This document shows positions 51,740 to 61,739 of a stretch of 64,000 nucleotides of DNA, in pieces (positions within the stretch are counted from its first letter, which is position 1; each line of letters opens with the position of its first letter). Location: the NCBI GenBank assembly GCA_943908425.1, contig CALTTC010000003.1:40661-104660 (forward strand), given 5' to 3'. The position numbers and the translations under genes are program-made. The stretch comes from an uncultured Moraxella sp. (GTDB taxonomy: Bacteria; Pseudomonadota; Gammaproteobacteria; Pseudomonadales; Moraxellaceae). Below the pieces are notes generated by a model. It ran no database searches and was not told where the DNA came from. It was given only the letters and a program-made list of their open reading frames with translations.

Positions 51740-54487
51740 TTAAAATGTATTATTAAACCCAAGCACTCGCTCTTTTAATAACTTACCAAGCCGTCCACTG
51801 CCCGTCAGTCCTGTTAAACGCAATTCTGCCATCACTGCCCGATTGACATCATCAGGATTTAAATCATTGCGATACTGGCGTCCATACACCGCAATACCAA
51901 TACAACAATCTTCATAGCCTACGCCCACCAAAGCATCCATAAAGCCACGATATTTGCTGTCGTATTGGGCGGTGCCAAGTAATTGCCATTGCTCACGCAC
52001 CGGCACAATCGCTGAGACAGTATAAGCAGACAGTGGCAGTTGCCCAAGTCGCAAGTTTTCTTTACGCTCAATCACGCCAATGTTGAATAGCATATCATCG
52101 CTTGGCTGATAACGCACCGCACCAATAAAGGCATTGGGGCGATATTCTCTGGTGAACGAACCTGACACATCAAACCATAGCGCCCCACTTGGGTTGGCGG
52201 ACAGTTGCCACGCTAAGCCAGAATTGCCCTTTTGAAAGCCGGTTGCCCCATTCACCGTCACCCGACTGTCGCGCAAATAAAACTGCTCTGCAATCCCAAC
52301 TTCAAGACGTGTGCGCCCTTGACCGTCCAAATAACGGTAATTTACCGCAGGGGTAATGGCGTGCAAATCGCTCACGCGGTCATAACCCAAAAACCAACTG
52401 TCGGCAAGTAACTGATTATAACTCATTGAAGCAACACTGGTCTCAAAGTTTGGCATCTGACGTTGATTTTTGTAGGGACTATATAAATACTTAAGGCGTG
52501 GGGTCAAGACTTGATAACCTTGGTTGCCAAACCAGCCAAAGGGCGCGCCATTTTTTTGTAAAAATAAGCCACTGTCCACGCTTAAATTTGGCACAATAAC
52601 GTTGTAAGTGCCGTCTTCTTTGGTCAAGTTTTGGTGCGACAGGCTATCTTCATCAAAACGCATAAAAAGCTGGGTCACGCCCACTTTGGGCATTACATAA
52701 CCATAGGAGCGAACGAGTGGCAAGCTTGCACTGACATTATTATATAAGCGCACACCACTTTTTTCGGTATCCGAGCCGTCTTTAATGGACTTTTTAAAAT
52801 ACGCCGAATGCGTGCTAGCGGTGACATCAAAACCACGCGTATAATCTTTTGGCGCACGATAAAGAACATCAAGCTGTGGCAAGCGACTATAGGGGCGATT
52901 TTTATCCAAAATGGGATTGCCAAAACGGTCTGTGCCATTTAATAATTGAAAGGTTTGGGCTTTTAGGCTAGCGTTTAGGTGCTCGTTATTATAAGTAACG
53001 CCAATTACCCGCGCTAGATTTAGCGAATTATTGCTCACGCCAAGCTTATCAAAATCGGCAAGATAAGCACTGTCCGAGACATAACGATAGCTGGCATTAA
53101 CCTGCAAATCCTGTTCGGCTAAAGGGCGTAACGTATGGTCAAAAAACAGATGACTACGGTCTTTATTCTGATATTGCTTATCACTTGGCAAATATGCCGT
53201 ATCTAATTTACCTGCGCCCAGATTAGGGTGCAAATAGCGCAATTCAGCATTAAGACGTGGATTGCGGTGCGTATAAAATGTTGGGGTCAAAGTGGCGTCA
53301 TAATTGCTTGCCAAATTAAAATAGTACGGGGTTGTAAGCTGTATGCCATCAGTACTATTAATTCCCACACTTGGCACCAAAAAGCCTGACGCGCGCCGAT
53401 TATCCAAGGGAAAATTAAAATACGGTAAATAAAAAATGGGCGTATCGTGCACTTTAAAGATGCCATGGCGCGCCACACCCCGCCCCGTGTTACGGTCTAA
53501 CGTGATATTTTTGGCATCAATTTGCCAAGTGCGCCGTGTGGGCGGACAGGTACTAAAAGTGCTGTTATCTAGCTCATAGACATTGCTGTCGCTATGGGTA
53601 AGACGTTCGGCATAACCGTGTGCGTGCAAGCCTTGACTGGCAAAAGCGATATTGTGTGCTTTTGCTTCCCCTGTTTGGGTATTGTAATCTAGTTGCTGTG
53701 CTACGCCGAGCAAATCTTGGCGCGTATTGTTTGCTACGCCACCAAAAGCGACGTTGCCCAGCGCCTGACTTTGTCCTGTGGCAGGGTCAATATGCACGCT
53801 ATCGGCACGGATTTGCCGGTCATTTTGGCTAACGACCACGTTGCCGGTAAGCTCAGCGCGCGTATCATTGTCATAATAGGCGTGTGTCGCTGTCGCACTC
53901 AATGTGCCATCATTGGGCGGTAAGGTGCCAACAATGGGATACAACCAAGTGCCTTGACACATTGGCGCTTCATTATAAAACTGCGATAGGGCTTGTAAGC
54001 TACTCTGGCTACTTTCTGCTTGGCGCGTATCGGGGGCAAGTGGTGCGGTGTTACTGGCAGGGCGCACAATACTGGCAGGATTGGCAAGCGTACTTGTGGT
54101 AGTGGGGGTAGATGCTTTAAAAGGCGTAATAGACACAATGGGCGTAACAGCAGGGGTCGGCACTCGCTGGACAACAACAGGCGGTGCTATAGGTTGGCTA
54201 ATGACAGGTACGGTCGGCACCACAGGTTGCCAATCGGTCGGCAAAGGACGGGCAATCACGGCTTGCGCGACGGGGCGTAAGGCTTGCTGGTCGGATGCGA
54301 TGGGTGACGCGACACTTGTCGTTGGCATTTCAGGCAATGGGCGAGCGATTGTCGGCAACTCACTAAACGCCTGTCGCCCATTAGCGTCTGCCCACGCCGT
54401 ATTGCCAAGCCACAAGCTTGGTAATGCCAGCACCCACGCTGTTTTTGTTGTCAATTTTTTGTTCATAGCCGACAAGGTGTGATACAA
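51740..54487 (-). CDS. lptD: LPS-assembly outer-membrane protein LptD with a Pro/Thr/Ala-rich N-terminal extension of about 150 aa
   Basis: Signal peptide, a low-complexity region, then an OstA-like N-domain and a large beta-barrel. Conserved lptD-surA synteny. Confidence 0.85.
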   Translation of the reverse strand: MYHTLSAMNKKLTTKTAWVLALPSLWLGNTAWADANGRQAFSELPTIARPLPEMPTTSVASPIASDQQALRPVAQAVIARPLPTDWQPVVPTVPVISQPIAPPVVVQRVPTPAVTPIVSITPFKASTPTTTSTLANPASIVRPASNTAPLAPDTRQAESSQSSLQALSQFYNEAPMCQGTWLYPIVGTLPPNDGTLSATATHAYYDNDTRAELTGNVVVSQNDRQIRADSVHIDPATGQSQALGNVAFGGVANNTRQDLLGVAQQLDYNTQTGEAKAHNIAFASQGLHAHGYAERLTHSDSNVYELDNSTFSTCPPTRRTWQIDAKNITLDRNTGRGVARHGIFKVHDTPIFYLPYFNFPLDNRRASGFLVPSVGINSTDGIQLTTPYYFNLASNYDATLTPTFYTHRNPRLNAELRYLHPNLGAGKLDTAYLPSDKQYQNKDRSHLFFDHTLRPLAEQDLQVNASYRYVSDSAYLADFDKLGVSNNSLNLARVIGVTYNNEHLNASLKAQTFQLLNGTDRFGNPILDKNRPYSRLPQLDVLYRAPKDYTRGFDVTASTHSAYFKKSIKDGSDTEKSGVRLYNNVSASLPLVRSYGYVMPKVGVTQLFMRFDEDSLSHQNLTKEDGTYNVIVPNLSVDSGLFLQKNGAPFGWFGNQGYQVLTPRLKYLYSPYKNQRQMPNFETSVASMSYNQLLADSWFLGYDRVSDLHAITPAVNYRYLDGQGRTRLEVGIAEQFYLRDSRVTVNGATGFQKGNSGLAWQLSANPSGALWFDVSGSFTREYRPNAFIGAVRYQPSDDMLFNIGVIERKENLRLGQLPLSAYTVSAIVPVREQWQLLGTAQYDSKYRGFMDALVGVGYEDCCIGIAVYGRQYRNDLNPDDVNRAVMAELRLTGLTGSGRLGKLLKERVLGFNNTF

Positions 54488-54534
54488 TTTTGTGTATTTT
54501 ACACTATTTTTTCTGTGCTTAAGGGATTTTTTCT

Positions 54535-55542
54535 ATGACCGACACCACAAATACGCGTACAGCATTATTACACGCCTTTTTGGCAAGCTACTTTAACGCG
54601 CCTTACACCCTAGAGAGTCTTGCTGGGGATGCTAGTTTTCGCCGTTATCACCGCGTCACTTGCCAAGACACTACTTATTTGGTGATGGATGCCCCACCCG
54701 AGAAAGAGAGCGTGGCAAGCTTTTTGGCAGTTGGCGATATTTTAAGCCCTGTGGTTAATGTGCCAGCTATTTTGGCGCGCGATACGGACAATGGTTTTTT
54801 GTTACTACAAGATTTTGGTACGGTAGAATTTGCCGATTTATTGGACGATGGCGACAATCTTGCCAGTTATGCACAGGCATTGCACACCTTGCAGGCATTA
54901 CAAACACTACCCATTACCGACCCCGCTGTCAATGCCACCTTGCCCCACTACAGTCCCGCCAAATTGCGCGAGGAAATGCAGTTATTTGTGGATTGGTTTT
55001 TGCCTTACGTTGGGCTTAACATTGATGATGAGCTGTGGCATACGCTCACAGAAACGTTAATTAGCGATATTAGCCGGCAAGCACAAGTGGTTGTACACCG
55101 TGATTATCACAGTCGCAATTTGATGGATGATAAGCATTCAGATAGGCTTGGGGTCATTGATTTTCAAGATGCGGTAATTGGCGCTTATACTTACGATGTG
55201 GTTTCATTATTGCGCGATGCTTACATCAACGTCTCAGAAGACTGGGTAACGGCACAGCTACAAGTCGCTTACGCCATACTTGGACAAGACCAGGGCAGTT
55301 TCACAGATTTTGTGTACGACTGCAACATTATGGGCGTACAGCGTGGACTAAAAGTGCTTGGCATTTTTGTGCGCTTGGCTAAGCGTGATGGCAAAAAGCG
55401 GTATTTGGCAAACATACCTACCGTGCTACGCAATCTATTGACCCAATTAGCCTACCTACAAAACGACAATGATGTCTATCAGCGTTTTTATCAATTTTTG
55501 CAGGATAATGCTTCTGCTATTCAAGCTAAAGTAGGTGGGTAA
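54535..55542 (+). CDS. amgK: Anomeric MurNAc/GlcNAc kinase AmgK (aminoglycoside-phosphotransferase-fold kinase)
   Basis: APH-like kinase with HRDYHSRNLM, divergent from lptD and upstream of a MurU-like gene, as in Pseudomonas. Confidence 0.7.
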   Translation: MTDTTNTRTALLHAFLASYFNAPYTLESLAGDASFRRYHRVTCQDTTYLVMDAPPEKESVASFLAVGDILSPVVNVPAILARDTDNGFLLLQDFGTVEFADLLDDGDNLASYAQALHTLQALQTLPITDPAVNATLPHYSPAKLREEMQLFVDWFLPYVGLNIDDELWHTLTETLISDISRQAQVVVHRDYHSRNLMDDKHSDRLGVIDFQDAVIGAYTYDVVSLLRDAYINVSEDWVTAQLQVAYAILGQDQGSFTDFVYDCNIMGVQRGLKVLGIFVRLAKRDGKKRYLANIPTVLRNLLTQLAYLQNDNDVYQRFYQFLQDNASAIQAKVGG

Positions 55543-56246
55543 TGATCACTCAAGCGATGATTTTGGCGGCGGGGCGTGGCGAGCGAATGCGCCCTTTAAC
55601 TTTAACCACACCTAAGCCCTTATTAGCTGTCGGCGGTAAGCCGCTTATCGTTTGGCACATTGAACGCTTACGCCGTGCTGGGATAGAGCGGATTGTCATC
55701 AATGCTGGTTACTTAGCCAATAAACTGAGCGATTTTTTTGCTATACACGATTTTGGGGTGCAAATTGTGCTGTCGCTTGAAAACCCGCCCCTAGAAACCG
55801 CGGGCGGTATCAAGCAAGCGCTTACAAACAAGCTATTAGCACCTGCCCCATTTATCCTTATCAATGGCGATATTTGGTGTGATTATCCCCTTGAGAACTT
55901 GACTAATATCACTCTGCAAGACCATTTGGGCTATTTGTTATTGACTGATAATCCTGACCACAATCCGACTGGCGACTTTGTACTAACGACAGACGGTAGC
56001 GGACGCGTTGTCCCTAAATCCACCAAGCCCCTACCCAGTCTCACCTTCGCTGGTGTCTCTGTGCTTGACCCTGCGTTATTTGCTGGCGTGCCTTGTGGGC
56101 AGATTGCCCCCCTTGCCCCTTTATTACAACAAGCGATGCACGCACAAAAAATCATCGGCAGCCGTCTTGATGGCTATTGGATAGATGTCGGCACGGTTGA
56201 ACGCTTACAGATTATCAATGCTTATTTGGCAGATAAAAACGATTAA
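55542..56246 (+). CDS. murU: N-acetylmuramate alpha-1-phosphate uridylyltransferase MurU
   Basis: Nucleotidyltransferase N-terminus ILAAGRGERMRPLTLTTPKPLL. Its start overlaps the amgK stop. Confidence 0.7.
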   Translation: MITQAMILAAGRGERMRPLTLTTPKPLLAVGGKPLIVWHIERLRRAGIERIVINAGYLANKLSDFFAIHDFGVQIVLSLENPPLETAGGIKQALTNKLLAPAPFILINGDIWCDYPLENLTNITLQDHLGYLLLTDNPDHNPTGDFVLTTDGSGRVVPKSTKPLPSLTFAGVSVLDPALFAGVPCGQIAPLAPLLQQAMHAQKIIGSRLDGYWIDVGTVERLQIINAYLADKND

Positions 56247-56291
56247 AATCAATAGCTTATAAAAATTTTGCCAAAAATTAATAAATAATGC

Positions 56292-56319
56292 TTGACGTAT
56301 AGTAAATTTACTTTATAAT
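56292..56319 (+). promoter_or_regulatory. Sigma70-type promoter of the tRNA-Val/tRNA-Asp operon (TTGACG-N16-TATAAT)
   Basis: -35 TTGACG at 56292-56297 and -10 TATAAT at 56314-56319, about 43 nt upstream of tRNA-Val. Confidence 0.55.
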
Positions 56320-56362
56320 ACGCACCAACTTAAACAAATTAACCCTTTGTTTACTTGTTTAA

Positions 56363-56438
56363 GGGTCGTTAGCTCAGTTGGTAGAGCGTCTGCCTTACAC
56401 GCAGAATGTCGGCGGTTCGAATCCGTCACGACCCACCA
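56363..56438 (+). tRNA. tRNA-Val (anticodon TAC)
   Basis: Cloverleaf folded by hand: acceptor GGGTCGT/ACGACCC, anticodon stem TCTGC/GCAGA, loop CTTACAC, T-loop GGTTCGAATCC, 3' CCA encoded. Confidence 0.9.
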
Positions 56439-56509
56439 AATACTTTTTTAAATAATTTTTTGAAAGTAGTTTCACTTTTAAAATAGTTTACAAAGTATTA
56501 GCGACCTTA

Positions 56510-56586
56510 GCAGCGGTAGTTCAGTTGGTTAGAATATCGGCCTGTCACGCCGAGGGTCGCGGGTTCGAGTCCCGTCCGCTGCGCCA
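56510..56586 (+). tRNA. tRNA-Asp (anticodon GTC)
   Basis: Acceptor GCAGCGG/CCGCTGC, anticodon loop CTGTCAC, T-loop GGTTCGAGTCC, CCA encoded. Confidence 0.9.
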
Positions 56587-56607
56587 TTTTTAAAAGCTTT
56601 GCTTTAT

Positions 56608-56640
56608 ACACCAAATCTCCCCTGATTTGGTGTTTTTTTG
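56608..56640 (+). terminator. Rho-independent terminator of the tRNA operon
   Basis: ACACCAAATC-tcccct-GATTTGGTGT followed by TTTTTTT. Confidence 0.7.
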
Positions 56641-57668
56641 TGTAGTTATCTCCAATCAATACTTCATTTACCTAACAAAAGATTGCCAAAACACACGCTA
56701 AACTAAACAACTTTTTATTAAGAACTTGCCAGATATACCAAGCCTTTTATGCCAGCCTTACCGCTTTTTAACCAATGGCAACTGGCAAACCTTTATCTCT
56801 ATTATATAACATTCAACAAGAAATCCGCCTTTTGGGCATAGAGTTACACGCTAGCTTTGAACGTTATTGATTAATTTTAGTTAATATCCACCACGCTAGT
56901 TATGCCACTTCTAATAGTAATCTATAACCAAAACTTAATTATGCCAAGCAACTTTTAATATCTCTTTAAGCTTATGAAATAAATCTTTTGCTTAATAAAA
57001 CAAATGTCTTTAATGAACCATAAATTGTGCATTGAATTTATAAAACGGCTATTTCATAATTTATGCACAAAACAAAGCGACAATGCCACTTAAGTGATTT
57101 GTGTGATTTTAGGCGATGGTCTTTATGGCAACAACCCAAAGTTACCGTCACCGACACGCCCTATTCATCAAGGTTAAAAAGCTCTTTGCCCCAAATCTCA
57201 TTGACCGCCTTATCATCAAAGCTTTTCATCAGCAAAATCCGCCCCCAAGCATCATTGCTTTTGTCATCATATGAGTAAGGGCGTGTCAGTTTGCTTATTT
57301 ACCCAATCAAACAATGTGCAATCGTTGTCCAAAATAGCGATGTCGCCTTGTTGCATCACCCATCAAACCACAGCAATATCTTATCAAAAAAATGGCGTAT
57401 CAAATGGGCGTTTTTCTTTACCAAAATCAAGGCGATATGATTGGCAGACTAGATGGCGTTTGCCCTCACGCCACAGCGTTTAATTTACGGCATAAGCCTT
57501 TGTTTTTAATATCAAAAATTTATTTTTCAATGCCACAGCTTAAAGCCAACAAACTTGGACTTAATTGTGCAAATTACAATTTAAGTCATTATCGCTCATT
57601 TGACGATTTTACCGTACGAACAAGTGGACGCACGGTCTTTAAAACCATCAATCGTGCCATCTTTATGA

Positions 57669-58730
57669 CTAAAAATACCCACGTTCATAGGCTTTTGGTA
57701 CATCCATCACCCCATCAAAATCCGCCCCTGCTTGATTGTACTGAGCGTTTAGCCACCACTGTGGGTCTCTGAGCAATCCACGCCCCACTGCTACAAGGTC
57801 AGCATCACCCACCGCTAATACATGGTCGGCAACGTGGGGATTTTCTAACATACCAACAGCAATGATTGGCACGTTTGTCGCCTGTTTCATCTTAGAAGAC
57901 AAAGCGACTTGATAGCCTGCACTAAACTCTGGGTGCTTGCCTGCGACCAATACGCCATCACCGCCACCGCTAACGTGCAATATATCCACACCTGCCGCCA
58001 CGTAACGCTTAGCAATTTGTACGCCATAATCGCTGTCATAGCCATTCTCGCCGTATTCCTGGGCAGAGATTCGCATGATTAATGGCATATCGCTTGGCAT
58101 CACCGCCTTGACCGCTTGAATGATTGTCTCGCCAAATAACAATCGGTCTTGACCGTATTTATCATCACGGACATTAGATTTTGGCGAATGAAACTGATGA
58201 ATCAAATACCCGTGTGCCCCATGCAGTTCAATGGCATCAAATCCTGCGTCAATGGCACGTTTAACCGCACTCACAAAGCCTGCAATAATGTCATCAATAT
58301 CGCTTATGCTTAATGCTCTTGGGGTTTTTAGGTTTTGACCTTCAAAGTCCAATTTGCCATAATGAATGGCACTAGGGGCAACCACATCATCACAATTTTG
58401 GGCTTTTCGTCCTGCGTGGGCGATTTGAATGGCGATTTTACTGCCGTGTTTGTGCACGCTGTCCACGATTTTTTTCAATTCATCACGCTGGCTATCACAC
58501 CAAAGCCCTAAGCAGTTGGGCGAAATCCGCCCATTAGGAGCAACGTTGGTCATCTCAACGATAATCAAGCCAATACCGCCTATGGCACGAGCGGTATAAT
58601 GCACAAAATGCCAATCATTAGGCAGACCATCTACCGCTTGATATTGACACATCGGCGGCATGACAAGGCGATTTTTAAGACTTAAGCCTTTTATAGTAAA
58701 AGGTTTTTGTAAAAAGCGAAATTTAGCCAT
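57669..58730 (-). CDS. NADH:flavin oxidoreductase (Old Yellow Enzyme family, YqjM/NamA-like)
   Basis: TIM-barrel OYE motifs (PPMCQY, HGAHGYLIHQFHSP). 353 aa. Confidence 0.8.
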   Translation of the reverse strand: MAKFRFLQKPFTIKGLSLKNRLVMPPMCQYQAVDGLPNDWHFVHYTARAIGGIGLIIVEMTNVAPNGRISPNCLGLWCDSQRDELKKIVDSVHKHGSKIAIQIAHAGRKAQNCDDVVAPSAIHYGKLDFEGQNLKTPRALSISDIDDIIAGFVSAVKRAIDAGFDAIELHGAHGYLIHQFHSPKSNVRDDKYGQDRLLFGETIIQAVKAVMPSDMPLIMRISAQEYGENGYDSDYGVQIAKRYVAAGVDILHVSGGGDGVLVAGKHPEFSAGYQVALSSKMKQATNVPIIAVGMLENPHVADHVLAVGDADLVAVGRGLLRDPQWWLNAQYNQAGADFDGVMDVPKAYERGYF

Positions 58731-58811
58731 AACAGCTCCTAGAACATCATTGAAAAAACAGGTCTTGAGATACAGTCATCTATAGAAATAGGGCTATCAT
58801 TGATGAACATT

Positions 58812-59141
58812 TTAATTTAACGTCTCGTTCAATGACGCCAAAAACGCCGCCACCGCCTGATGATTGTAGCGATAATATGTCCATTTGCCAATGCGTTTGG
58901 ACTCAACAAGCCCCACCGCTTTTAGGTGATGTAAATAAGACGACACCACCGACTGAGCCAATCCTGTCTTTTGGGTGATAATGCCTACGCACACGCCACC
59001 TTGAAAGTCATCGGGGTTATTGCCACGATTGGCAAAGTGCGTCTCAGGGGCTTTGAGCCACAGCAGTATCTGCCAGCGATAATCATTGGATAAGGCTTTA
59101 AAGGCGTGAAGCAGGGGTGCTTTGTCGGTAATGGTTGTCAT
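58812..59141 (-). CDS. ArsR/SmtB-family transcriptional regulator
   Basis: 109-aa winged HTH (QSVVSSYLHHLKAVGLVESKRIGKWTYY). Confidence 0.7.
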   Translation of the reverse strand: MTTITDKAPLLHAFKALSNDYRWQILLWLKAPETHFANRGNNPDDFQGGVCVGIITQKTGLAQSVVSSYLHHLKAVGLVESKRIGKWTYYRYNHQAVAAFLASLNETLN

Positions 59142-59149
59142 TGGGGTAT

Positions 59150-59169
59150 TATATCTAATTTTTTAGATA
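59150..59169. promoter_or_regulatory. Perfect 8-4-8 inverted repeat ATATCTAA-TTTT-TTAGATAT immediately upstream of the arsR-like gene. Candidate autoregulatory operator.
   Basis: Seen directly in sequence. It starts 9 nt upstream of the ArsR start codon. Confidence 0.5.
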
Positions 59170-59448
59170 TGTCTATCTATTTTTTGGTTTTGTGGCTTTA
59201 GCTTAAAAGTCTGGTTTTTTGTTGTCTTTTGTGGCGATACAGGGTTTTTACTTAACTTATTCGCTTGCTTACTTGGCAGGCTTTGATGACTTGGCTAGTT
59301 TTTCTACATTTTTTGCAAAGCCTATTGATTGTTGTTTTACGTGTCATCACGCTGTTTTTAATGATCATAATTTGGCTTTGAGCAGTAACCCGCCATAAGC
59401 TTGCTATAATAAAGAGAGCCCTATTTATTTTTAGGGCTAGGTGATGGA

Positions 59449-60279
59449 TTATTTTTTACTCGCCAAACTTGGGCTTGCCGTTAATGTATCGTCATCCAAA
59501 CAATAAGCCAAAAGCTTACCACCCCACACGCATGCCCCATCAAGGTTACGCACCTTTTTATTTGCAATCTTCCCTTCAAGTGCCGCCCAATGCCCAAAAT
59601 AAATCCGCTCTTTTCGCTTATCGGTAATGGGATTTTGCCAATCAAACCACGGTTTAAAGCCTGCTGGCATCGCTTGATTGTCCAAAGCGTCGCCTTTAAA
59701 GTTAAAATCTAGCTCGCCTGTCGCAGAGCAAAGACGCATACGGGTGAAATAATCACAAATTGTCCCAAGTCGTCCGCTTGGCGTGTGCCAATCTTTTGGT
59801 GCTTTGCTATAAAAACTTGGCAAAATTTGGCGTAACCGTGCCTTATCCTTAAAAGCTTGATGCAATTCATCGGCGTAAGATAATGCTTCTTTTGTATCCC
59901 AAATCGGGGGTATGCCTGCGTGTACTAGCACGCTTTTTTTGTCAATGGGCAACAAAAATGGCTGATGACAAAGCCAAGTCAATAAACTGTCGCAATCAGG
60001 GGCAGATAATATAGACAAGGTCTTGTCCTTAGGTTTTGGGGGTAATACGCCAAGCCACGTCGCAATCAGGGTAACATCGTGATTGCCAAGCACGGTAAAC
60101 AACACGCCATCGTCCGCCAGTGTCTTTGCCCATCTTAAGGCTTCCAACGATTTATCGCCACGTGCGACAATATCGCCACATAAGTACAGCTTGTCTTTTT
60201 TGGGTTGAAAGGCGATTTTATCAAGCAATCGCTGCAATTCATCAAAACAGCCGTGAATATCGCCAATTAGATATTTTGC
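59449..60279 (-). CDS. apaH: Bis(5'-nucleosyl)-tetraphosphatase, symmetrical (ApaH). The start is taken at MAKYLIGDIHGC.
   Basis: Metallophosphatase motifs GDIHGC, GDIVARGD and GNHD. Resembles E. coli ApaH N-terminus MATYLIGDVHGC. Confidence 0.85.
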   Translation of the reverse strand, partial: AKYLIGDIHGCFDELQRLLDKIAFQPKKDKLYLCGDIVARGDKSLEALRWAKTLADDGVLFTVLGNHDVTLIATWLGVLPPKPKDKTLSILSAPDCDSLLTWLCHQPFLLPIDKKSVLVHAGIPPIWDTKEALSYADELHQAFKDKARLRQILPSFYSKAPKDWHTPSGRLGTICDYFTRMRLCSATGELDFNFKGDALDNQAMPAGFKPWFDWQNPITDKRKERIYFGHWAALEGKIANKKVRNLDGACVWGGKLLAYCLDDDTLTASPSLASKK

Positions 60280-60525
60280 CATTGTTATTATCACATTGTT
60301 GTTATTACATTGATGTTATTACATTATTTTTGTTGTATCGTTGTTGCTATATTTGTTACTACTATCACATTGCTATTGCCAAAATCACTTGACGTAAATC
60401 AATGATTTAGTATAAGTCATTGATTAACCATCATTTATCCAGCCAACTCACAAACGCCAACTACAAATACCGCTGTGATACAATGCCAATTTATAAAAAA
60501 ATTTATACAAGAATATTGGCAACGA

Positions 60526-60585
60526 AGTGTTGATAAACCAAGTATTGATAAACCAAGTATTGATAAACCAAGCGTTGCTAAAACA
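60526..60585. repeat. Four tandem copies of a 15-bp unit (AGTRTTGATAAACCA; the last copy is degenerate) in the apaH-rsmA intergenic region
   Basis: Seen directly: agtgttgataaacca / agtattgataaacca / agtattgataaacca / agcgttgctaaaaca. Confidence 0.8.
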
Positions 60586-60640
60586 GCACCGATAAAACGC
60601 ATTAGAAAAATCAACGCTTGCACTCAAGACCGACTTAAAA

Positions 60641-61492
60641 TTAAGATGATTTGGGCAACTTATATTGACTGCCATTACTTAATGCCACAAATTGTGCCAC
60701 ACTCAACGTTTCTGGACGAGCGGTTGGATCTATGTTTATTTGCTCAAAATCCTTATCATTAAGCGTTGGTAATAAAGCATTTGTTTTAAAAATTGCCCGC
60801 AAGGTTTTACGGCGGTGATTAAAACACTCACGCACCACAAGGGCTAACCAAGCTTCATCATCAGCAATCAGAGGTTTTGTGGTATAAGGCTCTAGGCGAA
60901 ACACCGCACTTGTTACCTTGGGCGGAGGATTAAACGCTGACGGCGGTACGGTAAGCAAATAATCACTGCGACAATAGTACTGTACAATCACCGACAATCG
61001 CCCATAGGCTTTTGTACCGACATCGGCTGTAATACGCTGTACCACTTCTTTTTGGAGCATAAAATGCATATCAGCGATAACGTGGCTATAATTTAACAAA
61101 TGAAACAAAATCGGCGTAGAGATATTATAAGGCAAATTGCCCACCACCCGAAACGCCCCTTGCCCAATCTTATCTGCAAGCAATGCAAAATCCACCGCTA
61201 AGGCATTATCATTGATAACGGTCAAACGGTTGTGGCTATTAGCCCCGATATGCAGTTTTAGGCGACTTGCCAAATCACGGTCAAGCTCAACAGCGGTCAT
61301 CGTCAAAACCTGTGCCAGCATAGGCTCGGTCAATGCCCCAAGTCCTGGGCCAATCTCAAGCAGATTGTCGTTTTTGTTAAGACCGATGGCATCAACAATT
61401 TGCTGGATAACGTGGGTGTCGTGCAAAAAATTTTGCCCAAAGCGTTTGCGTGGGGTGTGGGCGACCATTTTTGGCGTTTTAGGATAATTCAT
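60641..61492 (-). CDS. rsmA: 16S rRNA (adenine1518/1519-N6)-dimethyltransferase RsmA/KsgA
   Basis: FGQNFL, the [13 protein letters not shown] motif and NLPYNIS. Confidence 0.9.
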   Translation of the reverse strand: MNYPKTPKMVAHTPRKRFGQNFLHDTHVIQQIVDAIGLNKNDNLLEIGPGLGALTEPMLAQVLTMTAVELDRDLASRLKLHIGANSHNRLTVINDNALAVDFALLADKIGQGAFRVVGNLPYNISTPILFHLLNYSHVIADMHFMLQKEVVQRITADVGTKAYGRLSVIVQYYCRSDYLLTVPPSAFNPPPKVTSAVFRLEPYTTKPLIADDEAWLALVVRECFNHRRKTLRAIFKTNALLPTLNDKDFEQINIDPTARPETLSVAQFVALSNGSQYKLPKSS

Positions 61493-61739
61493 AACAAACT
61501 TACAAAAGCCTTATTATAGCCGATAAACCGATAAATAGCACCTTGCTTTTATGGCGGATTGTTTAAGTTTAGCGGTTGATAATAGCCCATTGGGCGAATG
61601 GTTTTTGACTTTAGCTTTTGACTTTAGCTTAAACCTAGCCACTATCACCAATAAACTCAACATTAATCGCTGATAAAATTTTTAAATACAAATTTTTAAA
61701 TACATTAAACTTCTAAATAATTATTAAACTTCTAAATAA

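Noticed and set aside
54048-54482. Several plus-strand ORFs (54020-54482) antisense to the 5' end of lptD
   Set aside because: These are shadow ORFs of the GC-skewed, low-complexity LptD N-terminal region. They have no start context and no homology features.
57063-57772. Plus-strand ORFs of 70-126 aa in the tRNA-Asp to OYE interval
   Set aside because: They overlap one another and the OYE C-terminus and have no recognisable motifs. The better-looking signal is the fragmented reverse-strand frame, which is reported as a gene remnant.
60435-60762. ORFs 60435-60623 (-) and 60475-60762 (+) encoding LGLSILGLSILGLS / KPSIDKPSIDKPS
   Set aside because: The periodic peptides are just translations of the 15-bp tandem repeat. 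The plus-strand ORF also runs antisense into rsmA. They are treated as repeat artefacts.
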